A DNA stretch of 64,000 nucleotides. Source: Epithemia pelagica (lineage: Eukaryota > Protista > Bacillariophyta). Shown here in pieces: positions 1 to 10,218 of the stretch (positions are counted from its first letter, which is position 1; every line of letters begins with the position of its first letter). A model generated the notes under the pieces. It did no database searches, was not told where the DNA came from, and worked only from the letters and a program-made list of their open reading frames with translations. Where the stretch lies: the NCBI GenBank assembly GCA_946965045.2, contig OX337228.1, positions 4,092,001-4,156,000 on the forward strand. Direction: 5' to 3'. Made by a program: the position numbers and the translations under genes.

Positions 1-226
1 CTGCTCCTCGTGGCGTTGCATCGTCTTGATGATCGTAGCGAAAGCTGCCTCCTTTTACGGCTGCCAGTTCTCCGGCGCCACCTGTTACAACCATAGACCG
101 TGGAGTCGGCTTGTTATTGTGGGCGGCCGTGGAATTCACAATCGTGGGAGGATCATCGCGTGTCACAATGCCGACGTTCTGCGCTCGGCCTTCCGGTGGG
201 TCAAACGATGCCGACTTCCGAACCAT
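1..226 (-). CDS. Possible 5' part of a hypothetical protein running off the window edge
   Basis: ATG at 226-224 opens a stop-free frame to position 1 (MVRKSASFDPPEGRAQ...); divergent from the gene at 822; no recognisable motif. Confidence 0.3.
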   Translation of the reverse strand, partial: MVRKSASFDPPEGRAQNVGIVTRDDPPTIVNSTAAHNNKPTPRSMVVTGGAGELAAVKGGSFRYDHQDDATPRGA

Positions 227-821
227 GGTATTTTAAACTGTAACGTGTGTATCGGCTTGTTGTTGCTGTGTGATCCTACCCTTGTCAGTGGGCTGCACAA
301 AGTGCATCAACACCAGACCTTGCTCAATTGGAGCTACGCACTATACAGCGTGGATCTCTTCCTTCTTCGTTCGCTACTCGCTACATGGATCTTCTCTACT
401 GGATCGTCGACTTTTGTTGGGTACGAAAAAAGGTGGCTCAGTCGGCGTGCACGGGAGCGCTGACATATCATTCAAATCAATATCTGCGTAACATATATAT
501 TTATAATGTCGCGCGCCTCTTCCATTTAAAGAGCGCTACGCACCCATATTTTAGTAGTCCGTCCGTACTTCGTTCCGTAAACTACCAGTCATTCGGTGGT
601 GGTGGCAAAAGGTACCCTCGCCCTCGATCTTTTTGCCGTTTCGCGTTGAGTCGTCGAAAACAAGATCGACATTGAGACGACAACCAAACGAAGGACGACC
701 ATATCCCTCCAAAGATAAGAGAGTGGAAAGATCAGACTGAGAGAGAGAGAAAAAAGGTGGAAGATCATATTCAGTTTTATCCTTGTGTCGAAAAGCTGTT
801 GAAAGGTGCAGGGTTTGCGTC

Positions 822-3800
822 ATGTCCTTTTCGACGTCGGGCAGTGTGTTACCGCAACGTGATCAAACCACCAAAGACGCTGCAATCTCAAGATGGGGTC
901 CCAAAACTGACGAACCACCAAGAGAACAGGCAATAAGAATGGAGAGGTCTCCCAATACCAGCGACTTTGAGGATCTGGAACCTCTGGATGTCGAAGCCAA
1001 GGCTTCCCTTTTGGGTGCGACAACCAATGCAACCACGGCCGAACAATCTACCAAACCTCACGACGAAGATCCATTCCGAGAAAACAACATGCCTCCCACT
1101 CCACTGGATCTCTCCAACACTAACAATGCAGACCAGCCTTCGCGAAAGCGAAAGAATCCGTCACCACGGACGCCTCCGTCCAGTTCGACCGTCAAGAACG
1201 ACATTCCCACCACATGCGCGGTGGTACCTGGCAAGGCGATTCCAATAGAAAAATATTTGGCAGATTTTCGCCTACTAGAAGAGGTAGAATGGGGACCCCG
1301 CCGCGACGAAGATGGCTATGATTCCGATCAACCCTTGGCGCCTCGGCCCAAAACACGCCATACGGAGGAAATATGCAACTGTCATACACCACCGGCTGGT
1401 CAAAAATGGACCTGCCGTAGTGATGATTGTATCAACTACGCATGTCGTGAAGAATGTAGAAGAATTAACTGCATCGAGAAGTGTGGCAATCAACGATTAT
1501 CCCGACGAGAATTCAAACAGGTCGAGGTTTTTGATGCTGGACCAAAGGGATATGGACTCCGTGTTTTGGAGGATTGTGTCAGGGGTGATATAATCCAAGA
1601 GTACACTGGTCAGGCCGTTCGGGAAAGCTCCCTCGCGAAGCTCTTTCGTTCCTATCAGCAAGAGCGTCGGCTCTATATCATGGCACTCGATGACAAGGTC
1701 TTTCTCGATGCTAGAAAGGCTGGGGGCTTGGCCCGCTTTATCAACCACTCGTGCAATCCCAATTGTAAAGTCGAAAAGTGGAGGGTCAAAGGCATTTACC
1801 GGGCAGCTGTCGAAGCACTGCGTGACATCAAGGCAGGGACAGAGCTCACCTTTGACTACCAATGGAGCCGAAAGATTGGGCGTGCTCCGACCAAATGTTA
1901 TTGCGGCGAACCCAACTGTCGAGGCACCCTCGAAATTAGCCGGTCGGTCGAAGAAGTGCAATTAGAACGGCTTCTTTCGGGAAACTGGATCGCACCAAAA
2001 CACAAACGAGCTGATGAACGGATTGTAAACCGCACTATTCGTATTCAACAGAGACCGCCTAGTCACAAAGAAGGGCAGGACAACCCGGAACCCTTTTATT
2101 CCGTCGCCGAAATCACAGACTACAATCATGAAACCAAACTACATCGAATTTTGCATGCTGACTTGGAAGAGCGATGGGAAGATCTCAATGGGGGTGAATT
2201 TGAATGGATGCTTTTGGATGAAGAACTTAGCCCTTCGCGGGCCAACGCCATTGCTCGGAAAAAAGCTCCTTCCTACGCTGGGCCTTCTTCGACAACGTCT
2301 TCTATGGACCATGCGACCAAAGTCAACTCTGGAGGAGGAAGTCTCTTGACGGCCTTCTCATCCAGAGAGAAAAACCAGAATGAGCATCTCTTTTACCTTT
2401 ATATCCAAACACCCATTAAAGAAGCCATGTTTACACAATCCAACAGCTTGAAAGAACGGGTAGAACGCAATTGCCAAGTGTCTATTACGTTACAACAACA
2501 AGCTCGACCACCCCTGCCCTACAATACTGACGATCCTGAAGATGTCACCAAGTTTGCCGCTTTGGATCAATCCTTCGATGGGACTGTTTGGAAAATTTCC
2601 ATATCTGGAAGCGACAAGGATGTTGCCAAAGCGCATGCTTCCCTTTCCAAAAATGTACAATACTGGCAAAAACGACAACAACAAAACGACGATCTACAAA
2701 AGACGCTGCCACTCCATGCAGTGGGGCAACCGGCAATGGTTTCGGGCGCCAGGGGTGATGAGTCCACTAAACTCACCGACGAGGTGATCCTTCCACGTGC
2801 AGTCGTCGACCTCTTCAAGAGGAAACTACCCTCTGTTCGAGAACGATGTCGCAATGTATCAATCCAAATTACACCGTCTGAAAGCAAATCAAAACTAATT
2901 GCTCGGTTACTGTTGGAAGGAAGCTTGCAAACGGACCTTCAGAATGCTCGAATACATATCCGTAATGCCATGATTGCCATATGCAAGGATTTGCCACAAC
3001 ATGATCCGCTCCCCATGGTCAACCTTGGAAATGGAGACAAAATTCCTCGCGATTTTGGTTTTTTGGGTGGGTCGCTTTCCAAGGAAGAGTTTGAATCGTT
3101 GCTCCAGAACAGCAGCATGGCTTTAGGAAGGAATGCGTCGGTTCCAAACGGTCATGGCGCCATTGGACCATCCGACCCTGCAACAGCGGTAATTCGTTCC
3201 AAACAAAAGGAGTTGTCGATGGCCTCTGAAGAGCTTCACCAATCACCTTTTTTCACGAAATTTGAGGCAATGTATGGCCCTCTCTGGATACAATCCGAAG
3301 ACGACATGGGCCGTATCAACGGCAAGAACCAATTGGTGGGCGACGCCACTACGACACAACAGCGCAAAGTCTACTTTGGGTGTGAGCCCAAGAATATAGC
3401 GTTGCGTTGGGCTCTGATTCACAAACGTGCACGTGACATCGTGAAAGGAGTTCGATATATCTACCTGGGATCCGATCATATCTATCTAAGATATCTGCAG
3501 CAAGGCAATTTTTTTGAGTTTGCGCTTCAAACAACGGGTGCAACAATTATGGTTGATCAATCGACCGGAAACCATTTAGTGGTGGATGGAACTTTAAAAG
3601 GCGCTGTGTTTGATGATTCTTTGCCATTACGTGTACAACGCATGACGCCAGTGGAACGAGCAGATCTTGCCGAGGAGCTTTTGGTACTCCAAATTGAAGT
3701 GTACCGGGACCATTTTACTAGGCAGGAGAGTTGGATCTTTGGTCGTGATTGGACAACAATCAATTTTGTCGACGAAGAACCGGTACCAGACAACTTGAAG

Positions 3801-6530
3801 CAAATCGCCGCATCATTTGGTCAACTCGACATGCGGTCGGCTCCTCACAGTTGCATGGAGATCTCTGAGGTGGTCGCTCATCTGGATCTACCAAGTTCTG
3901 TGGCCGCCCATGCTGCCATTATCCTTTATCGATTCGTGGCAGTTGCCACCGATACGCAAATGAAAGCACGTGATTCTGTCTTGGCATGTGTGTTTATTGC
4001 AAACAAGGCACAAAAGATCAAAAGATGGAAACGACTAGAGGTCGTTCTTGAAGCAGGGTACAAGACATTTTACCCCGGCACTCATTTCGACTCCGAGAAG
4101 GAGGAAGTGGTTAAGCTACAGCAGAGAGTCCTAGCTGCAGAACAGGAATTGTTAACAACTCTCGAATATGACGTTTTTGTCAGAGGCATGGATTCATTGG
4201 AGGATGCCGTGACTCATAATGGAGGATTTGCAGATTCGGTTTTCAGTTTGGCGTTCTGTGGACAAGTCCTGGGGGCTGGGGCAAACTTGTGGCTCAAACA
4301 TGGTATTGAGTACATCTTTGCTGCTTCAGCAGCCGTTCTGAAAGCGGACCTAAAAAGGCTTGTCACAACTCTGGGGCTTATTCCAATCAAGGTGTCGACA
4401 ACGCTAGAATTGATTGCAGAAAACGCGAGATATGGAAAGCCAACCTGCGACAAAGTTCCATCAAACCCACTTCTGGAAGGCGATAGGACACGGCTAACAA
4501 AACACATTCCTCGAGTCACTCAATCGTGCAACCTCCTTGCTATTGAAATTGCACAAAATCAATCAACTGATCTCTCGTCGGACCGCCTCAATGACTTACA
4601 TGTGAGCAAATCTAACCTCTGTGTTGCAATAAGAGGGGTTTCACATCAGGTTGTTGTCGACCAGATTATTGACCGGTTAGAAGGAATTGAAATGGAAAGT
4701 GGGTGTCTAATGTTTCTATGTCCGTCCGCTTCGGTTCCCCATACTGTCGACATACGAATCCGGGGTCCATGGCAGTCAGTTGCTATAGCAGACTTCCTTC
4801 TGAGGTCACATGAAGGAACTTCGTCCATTCCTTCTCTTGAAGAGGAAATGCATGAAGCATTCTCATTGAAAATACACGCGAAAACACGTGCTGGATTGGT
4901 TGATGCAAGAGAACTTTGTACATCGAATGGGTGGGGAGGGACCCTGAATCCACTTGGAAACAAAGACCATGTCGAGAAACAACTCGGAGGGAAAAGCTGT
5001 CTCGCTGGCAAACTGTCATCCAATGCACTCAAAGTATCAGGTTTGAGATGGTGGATCCGGCGGACGAAGGGGTTATCCTCAACAGGGTCCATCACCGAAA
5101 TGCTCTCGACAAGAATTGGAGACGGCCATAAATTAGAAGATCTTTCTAAATTGGCTAAGTCTATGGAAGACGAAGATCTTTTCCCAGTGCTTGCATCCCT
5201 TGAGAAGACCAAATCCAAGAAGGATGCAGAAACGCAAAACACATGTCCTCATGTGGCAGTTTCCATGCAACGATGGCCATCAGAAAAAGTAAGCGCAAAG
5301 GAACAGAAACGGTCAAAAAAGTCAACAAAGAAATCCATGGAAATCGGTTTCTCTGCAGGTGCTCTCCAAGAGATGCAGCTTCTTACGATGTTACACAAGC
5401 TTGTACCTTCTCCCCATGGCCATCCAAATTTCATTCTTCCGGTTGGCATTGCAATCCCTCTGGGTGAAGAACAAACCGAACCCCCTCCAACCACATTTGA
5501 AGGTGACGACCCCATGTTCTCACTGTTCAAGACGACCCAGGAAAATGAATCTGCAGCATGGAAAGAAAAGAAAGTAAAGAGTTCGCCGCATTTGGTCTTT
5601 CAACCCTGTCCCTTTGTTCTTCAGCGTTTCTTGTCGCGGAAGAACAACGAAGTTGATCTTTTGGAAGCTTCGTCAGTCTTGTCGTCATGGTTCAACGACC
5701 TGGTATTGGCTCTTGTGCACTGCCATTCAAACAATATCATCTTACGCAACCTTCAACCCGATCAAGTTATCATAGATCGCAGTGGCGTTGTGAAGCTGAG
5801 CAGTTTTTACCGGGCCACCGTACTTGGCGTGGAGGATCGCCGTCATCCCCCCACCATAAACAGTGTTCTCAAAGAAATAAAAAAGAAAGGAAGTTCGAAA
5901 AAGAAGGACGAAGACGATGACGTATCAATTAATCCTTTTGTACCACCAGAGATTCTTCTTGGAAGTCCCAAGTTCACCAAAGAATCGGATGTGTGGGTCG
6001 TGGGATGTATCTTGGCAAATATTCTTTTGGGCAAACCACCGTTTGTTGGAAAGGACAAGCATTCGCTGCTCACATCAATGTACAAAATAGTTGGCATTCC
6101 AGGACCGGAAAACTTTGAAGGGGCAGTTCGGTTTCCAAACTTTGTTAAGCCTACGAAGAAGTACAAGCGTGGTGTGCAAAAAGCTATGGGGCACATGGTT
6201 AAAAGCGATTATGCTTCTAGATACATCAAGGCAATTGATCTTGTGTCGAGAATGTTACATTTGGATCCGATGGAGAGATGCTCGGCCAAAGAAGCGTTGG
6301 ATCATGAGTTTCTCCGAGAGCATCGGGAAAAGATCAAGGGAAGTACATTTCGCCAATCCTACGTCTCAGAGTGGATGGGACTGAAGAGTAGCATCGTTCA
6401 AAGCAGCAGATACTCAAACGGTGACTCAAATGCGCAATCCCAGAGGCGGAGAACACTTATGTTAGCGACGGCCACCGGAGGAGACAGCAATGATGAAAAC
6501 GAAGATGGACTATATAACTTTGAACTCTGA
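822..6530 (+). CDS. Multidomain protein: AWS-SET-postSET (Set2/ASH1-type H3K36 methyltransferase-like), cyclin T/K-like box and C-terminal CDK9-like pseudokinase
   Basis: Single uninterrupted ORF (first ATG 822). AWS cysteines (CNC...C..DDCINYACREEC), SET motifs GPKGYGL, RFINHSCNPNC and ELTFDY, and postSET CYCGEPNCRG at ~1370-1935. Cyclin box (LPSSVAAHAAIILYRF...LACVFIANK...EQELLTTLEYDV) at ~3840-4350. Kinase fold (GFSAGALQEMQLL, PPEILLG, DVWVVGCI, MLHLDPMERCSAKEALDHEF) at ~5250-6320. Confidence 0.85.
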   Translation: MSFSTSGSVLPQRDQTTKDAAISRWGPKTDEPPREQAIRMERSPNTSDFEDLEPLDVEAKASLLGATTNATTAEQSTKPHDEDPFRENNMPPTPLDLSNTNNADQPSRKRKNPSPRTPPSSSTVKNDIPTTCAVVPGKAIPIEKYLADFRLLEEVEWGPRRDEDGYDSDQPLAPRPKTRHTEEICNCHTPPAGQKWTCRSDDCINYACREECRRINCIEKCGNQRLSRREFKQVEVFDAGPKGYGLRVLEDCVRGDIIQEYTGQAVRESSLAKLFRSYQQERRLYIMALDDKVFLDARKAGGLARFINHSCNPNCKVEKWRVKGIYRAAVEALRDIKAGTELTFDYQWSRKIGRAPTKCYCGEPNCRGTLEISRSVEEVQLERLLSGNWIAPKHKRADERIVNRTIRIQQRPPSHKEGQDNPEPFYSVAEITDYNHETKLHRILHADLEERWEDLNGGEFEWMLLDEELSPSRANAIARKKAPSYAGPSSTTSSMDHATKVNSGGGSLLTAFSSREKNQNEHLFYLYIQTPIKEAMFTQSNSLKERVERNCQVSITLQQQARPPLPYNTDDPEDVTKFAALDQSFDGTVWKISISGSDKDVAKAHASLSKNVQYWQKRQQQNDDLQKTLPLHAVGQPAMVSGARGDESTKLTDEVILPRAVVDLFKRKLPSVRERCRNVSIQITPSESKSKLIARLLLEGSLQTDLQNARIHIRNAMIAICKDLPQHDPLPMVNLGNGDKIPRDFGFLGGSLSKEEFESLLQNSSMALGRNASVPNGHGAIGPSDPATAVIRSKQKELSMASEELHQSPFFTKFEAMYGPLWIQSEDDMGRINGKNQLVGDATTTQQRKVYFGCEPKNIALRWALIHKRARDIVKGVRYIYLGSDHIYLRYLQQGNFFEFALQTTGATIMVDQSTGNHLVVDGTLKGAVFDDSLPLRVQRMTPVERADLAEELLVLQIEVYRDHFTRQESWIFGRDWTTINFVDEEPVPDNLKQIAASFGQLDMRSAPHSCMEISEVVAHLDLPSSVAAHAAIILYRFVAVATDTQMKARDSVLACVFIANKAQKIKRWKRLEVVLEAGYKTFYPGTHFDSEKEEVVKLQQRVLAAEQELLTTLEYDVFVRGMDSLEDAVTHNGGFADSVFSLAFCGQVLGAGANLWLKHGIEYIFAASAAVLKADLKRLVTTLGLIPIKVSTTLELIAENARYGKPTCDKVPSNPLLEGDRTRLTKHIPRVTQSCNLLAIEIAQNQSTDLSSDRLNDLHVSKSNLCVAIRGVSHQVVVDQIIDRLEGIEMESGCLMFLCPSASVPHTVDIRIRGPWQSVAIADFLLRSHEGTSSIPSLEEEMHEAFSLKIHAKTRAGLVDARELCTSNGWGGTLNPLGNKDHVEKQLGGKSCLAGKLSSNALKVSGLRWWIRRTKGLSSTGSITEMLSTRIGDGHKLEDLSKLAKSMEDEDLFPVLASLEKTKSKKDAETQNTCPHVAVSMQRWPSEKVSAKEQKRSKKSTKKSMEIGFSAGALQEMQLLTMLHKLVPSPHGHPNFILPVGIAIPLGEEQTEPPPTTFEGDDPMFSLFKTTQENESAAWKEKKVKSSPHLVFQPCPFVLQRFLSRKNNEVDLLEASSVLSSWFNDLVLALVHCHSNNIILRNLQPDQVIIDRSGVVKLSSFYRATVLGVEDRRHPPTINSVLKEIKKKGSSKKKDEDDDVSINPFVPPEILLGSPKFTKESDVWVVGCILANILLGKPPFVGKDKHSLLTSMYKIVGIPGPENFEGAVRFPNFVKPTKKYKRGVQKAMGHMVKSDYASRYIKAIDLVSRMLHLDPMERCSAKEALDHEFLREHREKIKGSTFRQSYVSEWMGLKSSIVQSSRYSNGDSNAQSQRRRTLMLATATGGDSNDENEDGLYNFEL

Positions 6531-6797
6531 CTTACTCATTCGCGTCGATAGTACAAGGTTTGGAACTCCACACATGGTCCTATGGTGATACTCGATACAT
6601 AGGTGCCGGGTGCTGGGGGAGTCCCAACTTCATAAATTTGTTGGTTTGGAGAGTGCATCAAAAATTAAGTTCATAGGTCGGGGAAATATATAAATATGGG
6701 AACGTCTTTTGCGATACTTCGTTTGTAAATTGTACATTTAAATAGAAGGAGCTGGAGCGATCGTTGTGTCCTTTAAACATGCTTATTTATCTTACTA

Positions 6798-9700
6798 TTA
6801 GAGATCTAACATGTGGCGTATGACTGCTTTTTGAACTTCCATTGGGTGATGATCTAAATCATGTGACCGAATATCGGCAATCTTTGCATCTCTAGTCGTC
6901 TGTGACAGTGTAATCTTATCCCTTTTTCGGGCATTTTCCATTACGAAGGCACGCGCCAAGCCACGGGACAGATATCCCCTAAGCTCTTGAATCTCTTCGT
7001 CTAGATCGACATCCGACCTGTGGAGTATGGACACTTGCATGAGGGTTTCCATCAAAACGCGGATTCCTCGCGAATCAAACGCCGAAACAGGATCCATGCA
7101 ATTGGGGTCCTGGCACTCCTCTTCCCTCAAAATTTCCTTTGCCACTAACAAAAGCAGCCACTGAAAGGACTTGAACAGCAACCGTCCTGCCGGTCCCTTG
7201 CGTTCTTCCAAACACGCAAGGATTTGCTTTGCCACCAAATTGTTATCCCTATCAATAACGAAAGCTTCAACCACTGCATGGATACGAAACATGACTTGAA
7301 CTTCCCTGCTTTCGGTCAAGAAGGAGGAGGATCCATATTGAGTCAAGTAATTTCGTAACGTGCTGGTGACTGCCGTTGTGTCGTTATAGGTTTCTCCATA
7401 GGACGTCGCTGCATCCTTGTTGCTGTTGCCACCTGTCAAAAGAGACAATAGGTTGCTTGTCGATACTGTACAAAAACTACAAAGGGTACGGTAACAAGAC
7501 CCTCGTCCTTCCACAACCACAGTAGCAGTGTCATCACCGCCAATCATCTTTACGCGACAGTCAATGCCTTGCAAGAGCCAGGAAATGGCAATACCGGGTT
7601 GTCCTTTTCCCTCCCAGTAGTGCCGATAGCGACATAATGCCACAGCTTCACAGGCTTCCACAAGTACCACGTTTCGATGAGCACCATTCCCACCACCTAC
7701 CCTGGCATTGTTACGAATATTCGTCATTGCACCAGAATTAACGTTGATGTCCATAGTGGCCTGAACTAGGTTCAAGACTTGTTGCGCCCCGGCATCGGAA
7801 TGTGGATCGTATCGATGCAACAACTGCTCCACGAAGGATAGAACTTCTTCCTCAGTGTCCGTGTCGTCCCCGTTGTCCTTATCGCCATTCACAATATAGG
7901 GAAGCAATAACTGGAGTGCTAGACTTGTGGCCGTATCCTTCTTGTCCGTCAAGGAGGATACAATGGCTTCGGCGGCTTGACAGAGAACCTCTGGTTGCCT
8001 GTAGCCCGCACCATCCGGTGACAAAATGTTAGCATCCAGGTACAAACTATGCATTACCGCCAGCTGTTAGCCAATTCAAGAAAAAACGAGTCAGAGTGAG
8101 AGAAATCATGAAAGAGGAGGGTACAGTACGACTTTCCCTTCTTTTTCTCTGGAATCGGGACTTACCAATGTGGCAGGTAGGGCAGCCCCTGAAGCCCCTC
8201 CCAACTGATTCAACACATGAAGACATTGACTGATTCGTCCTTCCATAATGTCCAAGAGAACTTGATCTCCGGCATCCATGAAACTCGTTGTTTCTGCGCC
8301 CTTGTCCAACCTTGTCGCAGCATGTTTAATGCATTTCATGGCCACGTCATGGGCATGTCGTGGTTTCAAATACGGTAATTGATACAACAATTTGGCACAC
8401 ATATGTTCGGCCCAACACGTCCAAGGAACATAGACCTTTTGAATCATGCGGGTTTCGTCCCCGCTAATCATCGTATCGTGATCTTCCTCATGCCAACGTC
8501 CCAACATAATTTTGAAAATGCGTTGCAATTGTGGAATGCGATTGGAGAGCCGAGTGATTGGATGAGTGGCCGAGGAAAGGACATGGACTTGAAGGTATTC
8601 TTGCCAGGTTGCGTGTTTCCGCATCGCTGCCTCCGGAACAAAGTCAACCGGAAAGTCCTCTCGAATGGTACGGGAGGAGTCCCCGCCGCCCCCTAGTTCC
8701 CAAAGACGATAATCGTGTTCCGATACACGCAATCCACGAACATACCAATCCACATTCACATTCCATTCGTCGTAGCCGTTAGTTTCGTCGTCGTCGTCCG
8801 GATCATCGTTGAGAAACGAGTGGTGATAGGGAGGAGGACAAAGTTGGTCATCGTATGCATCTGTTCGTCCTCCGGGAAGAGGCGCCAAAGACAAGAGTCG
8901 TTTCAAACTTGCAAACCCACGAACAAGTTCCAGGGCCGTGTTGTGAAGCGAAGTTTCATCGTCCTTGTCCTGAGTGTTATTTTCCATTTCTTGGCTCTGT
9001 TGATGCAACAAAGCCTTGGCCTGTTGGTACAAAGAGTGGCGTTGCAAGGCATCCCATGCTTGCTCCAGACACCCTCGCAATACACACGCTTCGACATAGG
9101 CCCAATACAAGGACCCGGACGAAGCATTGTCAAGAGGCATTGACGACTCGTAGAGTTCTGGTTGTGTAGCTTCTAGCATTTCAAGCCAATCGGCCTGGTG
9201 CAAGACCGGAGAATCGAAATGGTAGCGTAAGAAGCGAACCAATGGAGCTGTGACTGCACCGGGCATATGAAAGGCATCAGTTCCGCTAAAGGACAACCAC
9301 GGATTGCCAGTGATTATCGCCTTCTCCGCCGCGAGGGAGCGACCAGTCCACGGTGGAGACATGAGAAGTGGAAAAAAGATATCGGATAAATGTATCACTT
9401 GCATGGACAATTTCAAAAACTCTTGATTGCGATGTGATGTCACAGCACTGTCCTTCTCGTTGCCAGCCTCTACAGAATTTGGTCGGTCGTTTTGTTGTTC
9501 TTCCTTCTCCCACCCTTCCAAACACTCTTGAATGGCCTTCCGACAAGTCTCACTCAACATTCGATCTCCCTCACTGCGTAATTGGCAACCACCGCCATCT
9601 TGTTTGTACTCCTTGTGCGCATGGAGGATCTTGATCAAGGCCGCCAATTCGTGCGCATTGCAGCCCGATGCATCTGACCGAATGGTATTCATATCAAGAC

Positions 9701-9824
9701 CCAATGGTTGGGACCCATTGGCGTCCTTTCCATCTTTCCTCGGATCTTCGACAGGATCATATACCGTCAACTGGGCAGGACACCAGGGATCCCACGCTAA
9801 TAATCGCTTTCCTTGTCGCATCAT
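6798..9824 (-). CDS. NUP85: Nucleoporin Nup85-like protein; 2 exons, intron 8064-8165
   Basis: ORFs 8106..9953 and 6798..8054 join in frame via GTAAGT donor (8165) and CTAACAG acceptor (8064). YWAYVEACVLRGCLEQAWDALQRH resembles the Nup85 conserved block. All-helical composition. Confidence 0.65.
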
Positions 9825-10000
9825 GGTGCGGCTGATTTTGGGTTGCGCGATTTTGTGTTCGGGCCATGCTGATTTTGGGGGGAGAAAGAATGTAAGATGG
9901 AAACAACGGGGCAATGATCCACAAAAAGATGAACTCACGCACCCCCTCTTCATGTACTGGTAGCATACATAGAAAATCGAAATGGAGCACGTCGACTATT

Positions 10001-10218
10001 TGTTGAAACCGATCAGTCTTCGTGCTGTACAGGCAACAAAGCTAAAGCAAATTTTTTTATAGATTACAAAGAGTGAGCACTAGATGTCTCCTTCGTTCGA
10101 CGGATCTTATGACCGCTTAGGGCCACATCTTGCCACTCCTCCACGTCAGTAGGATTCTTCATTCTTTGGTCGCTCTTAGCTCTTGGTTCCTGGCTCTGCT
10201 CCTGGTTCTGCTCCAACA
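10001..10218 (-). repeat. 3' LTR of element 1
   Basis: Direct repeat of 15718-15935, with TGTTG...CAACA termini. Confidence 0.97.
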
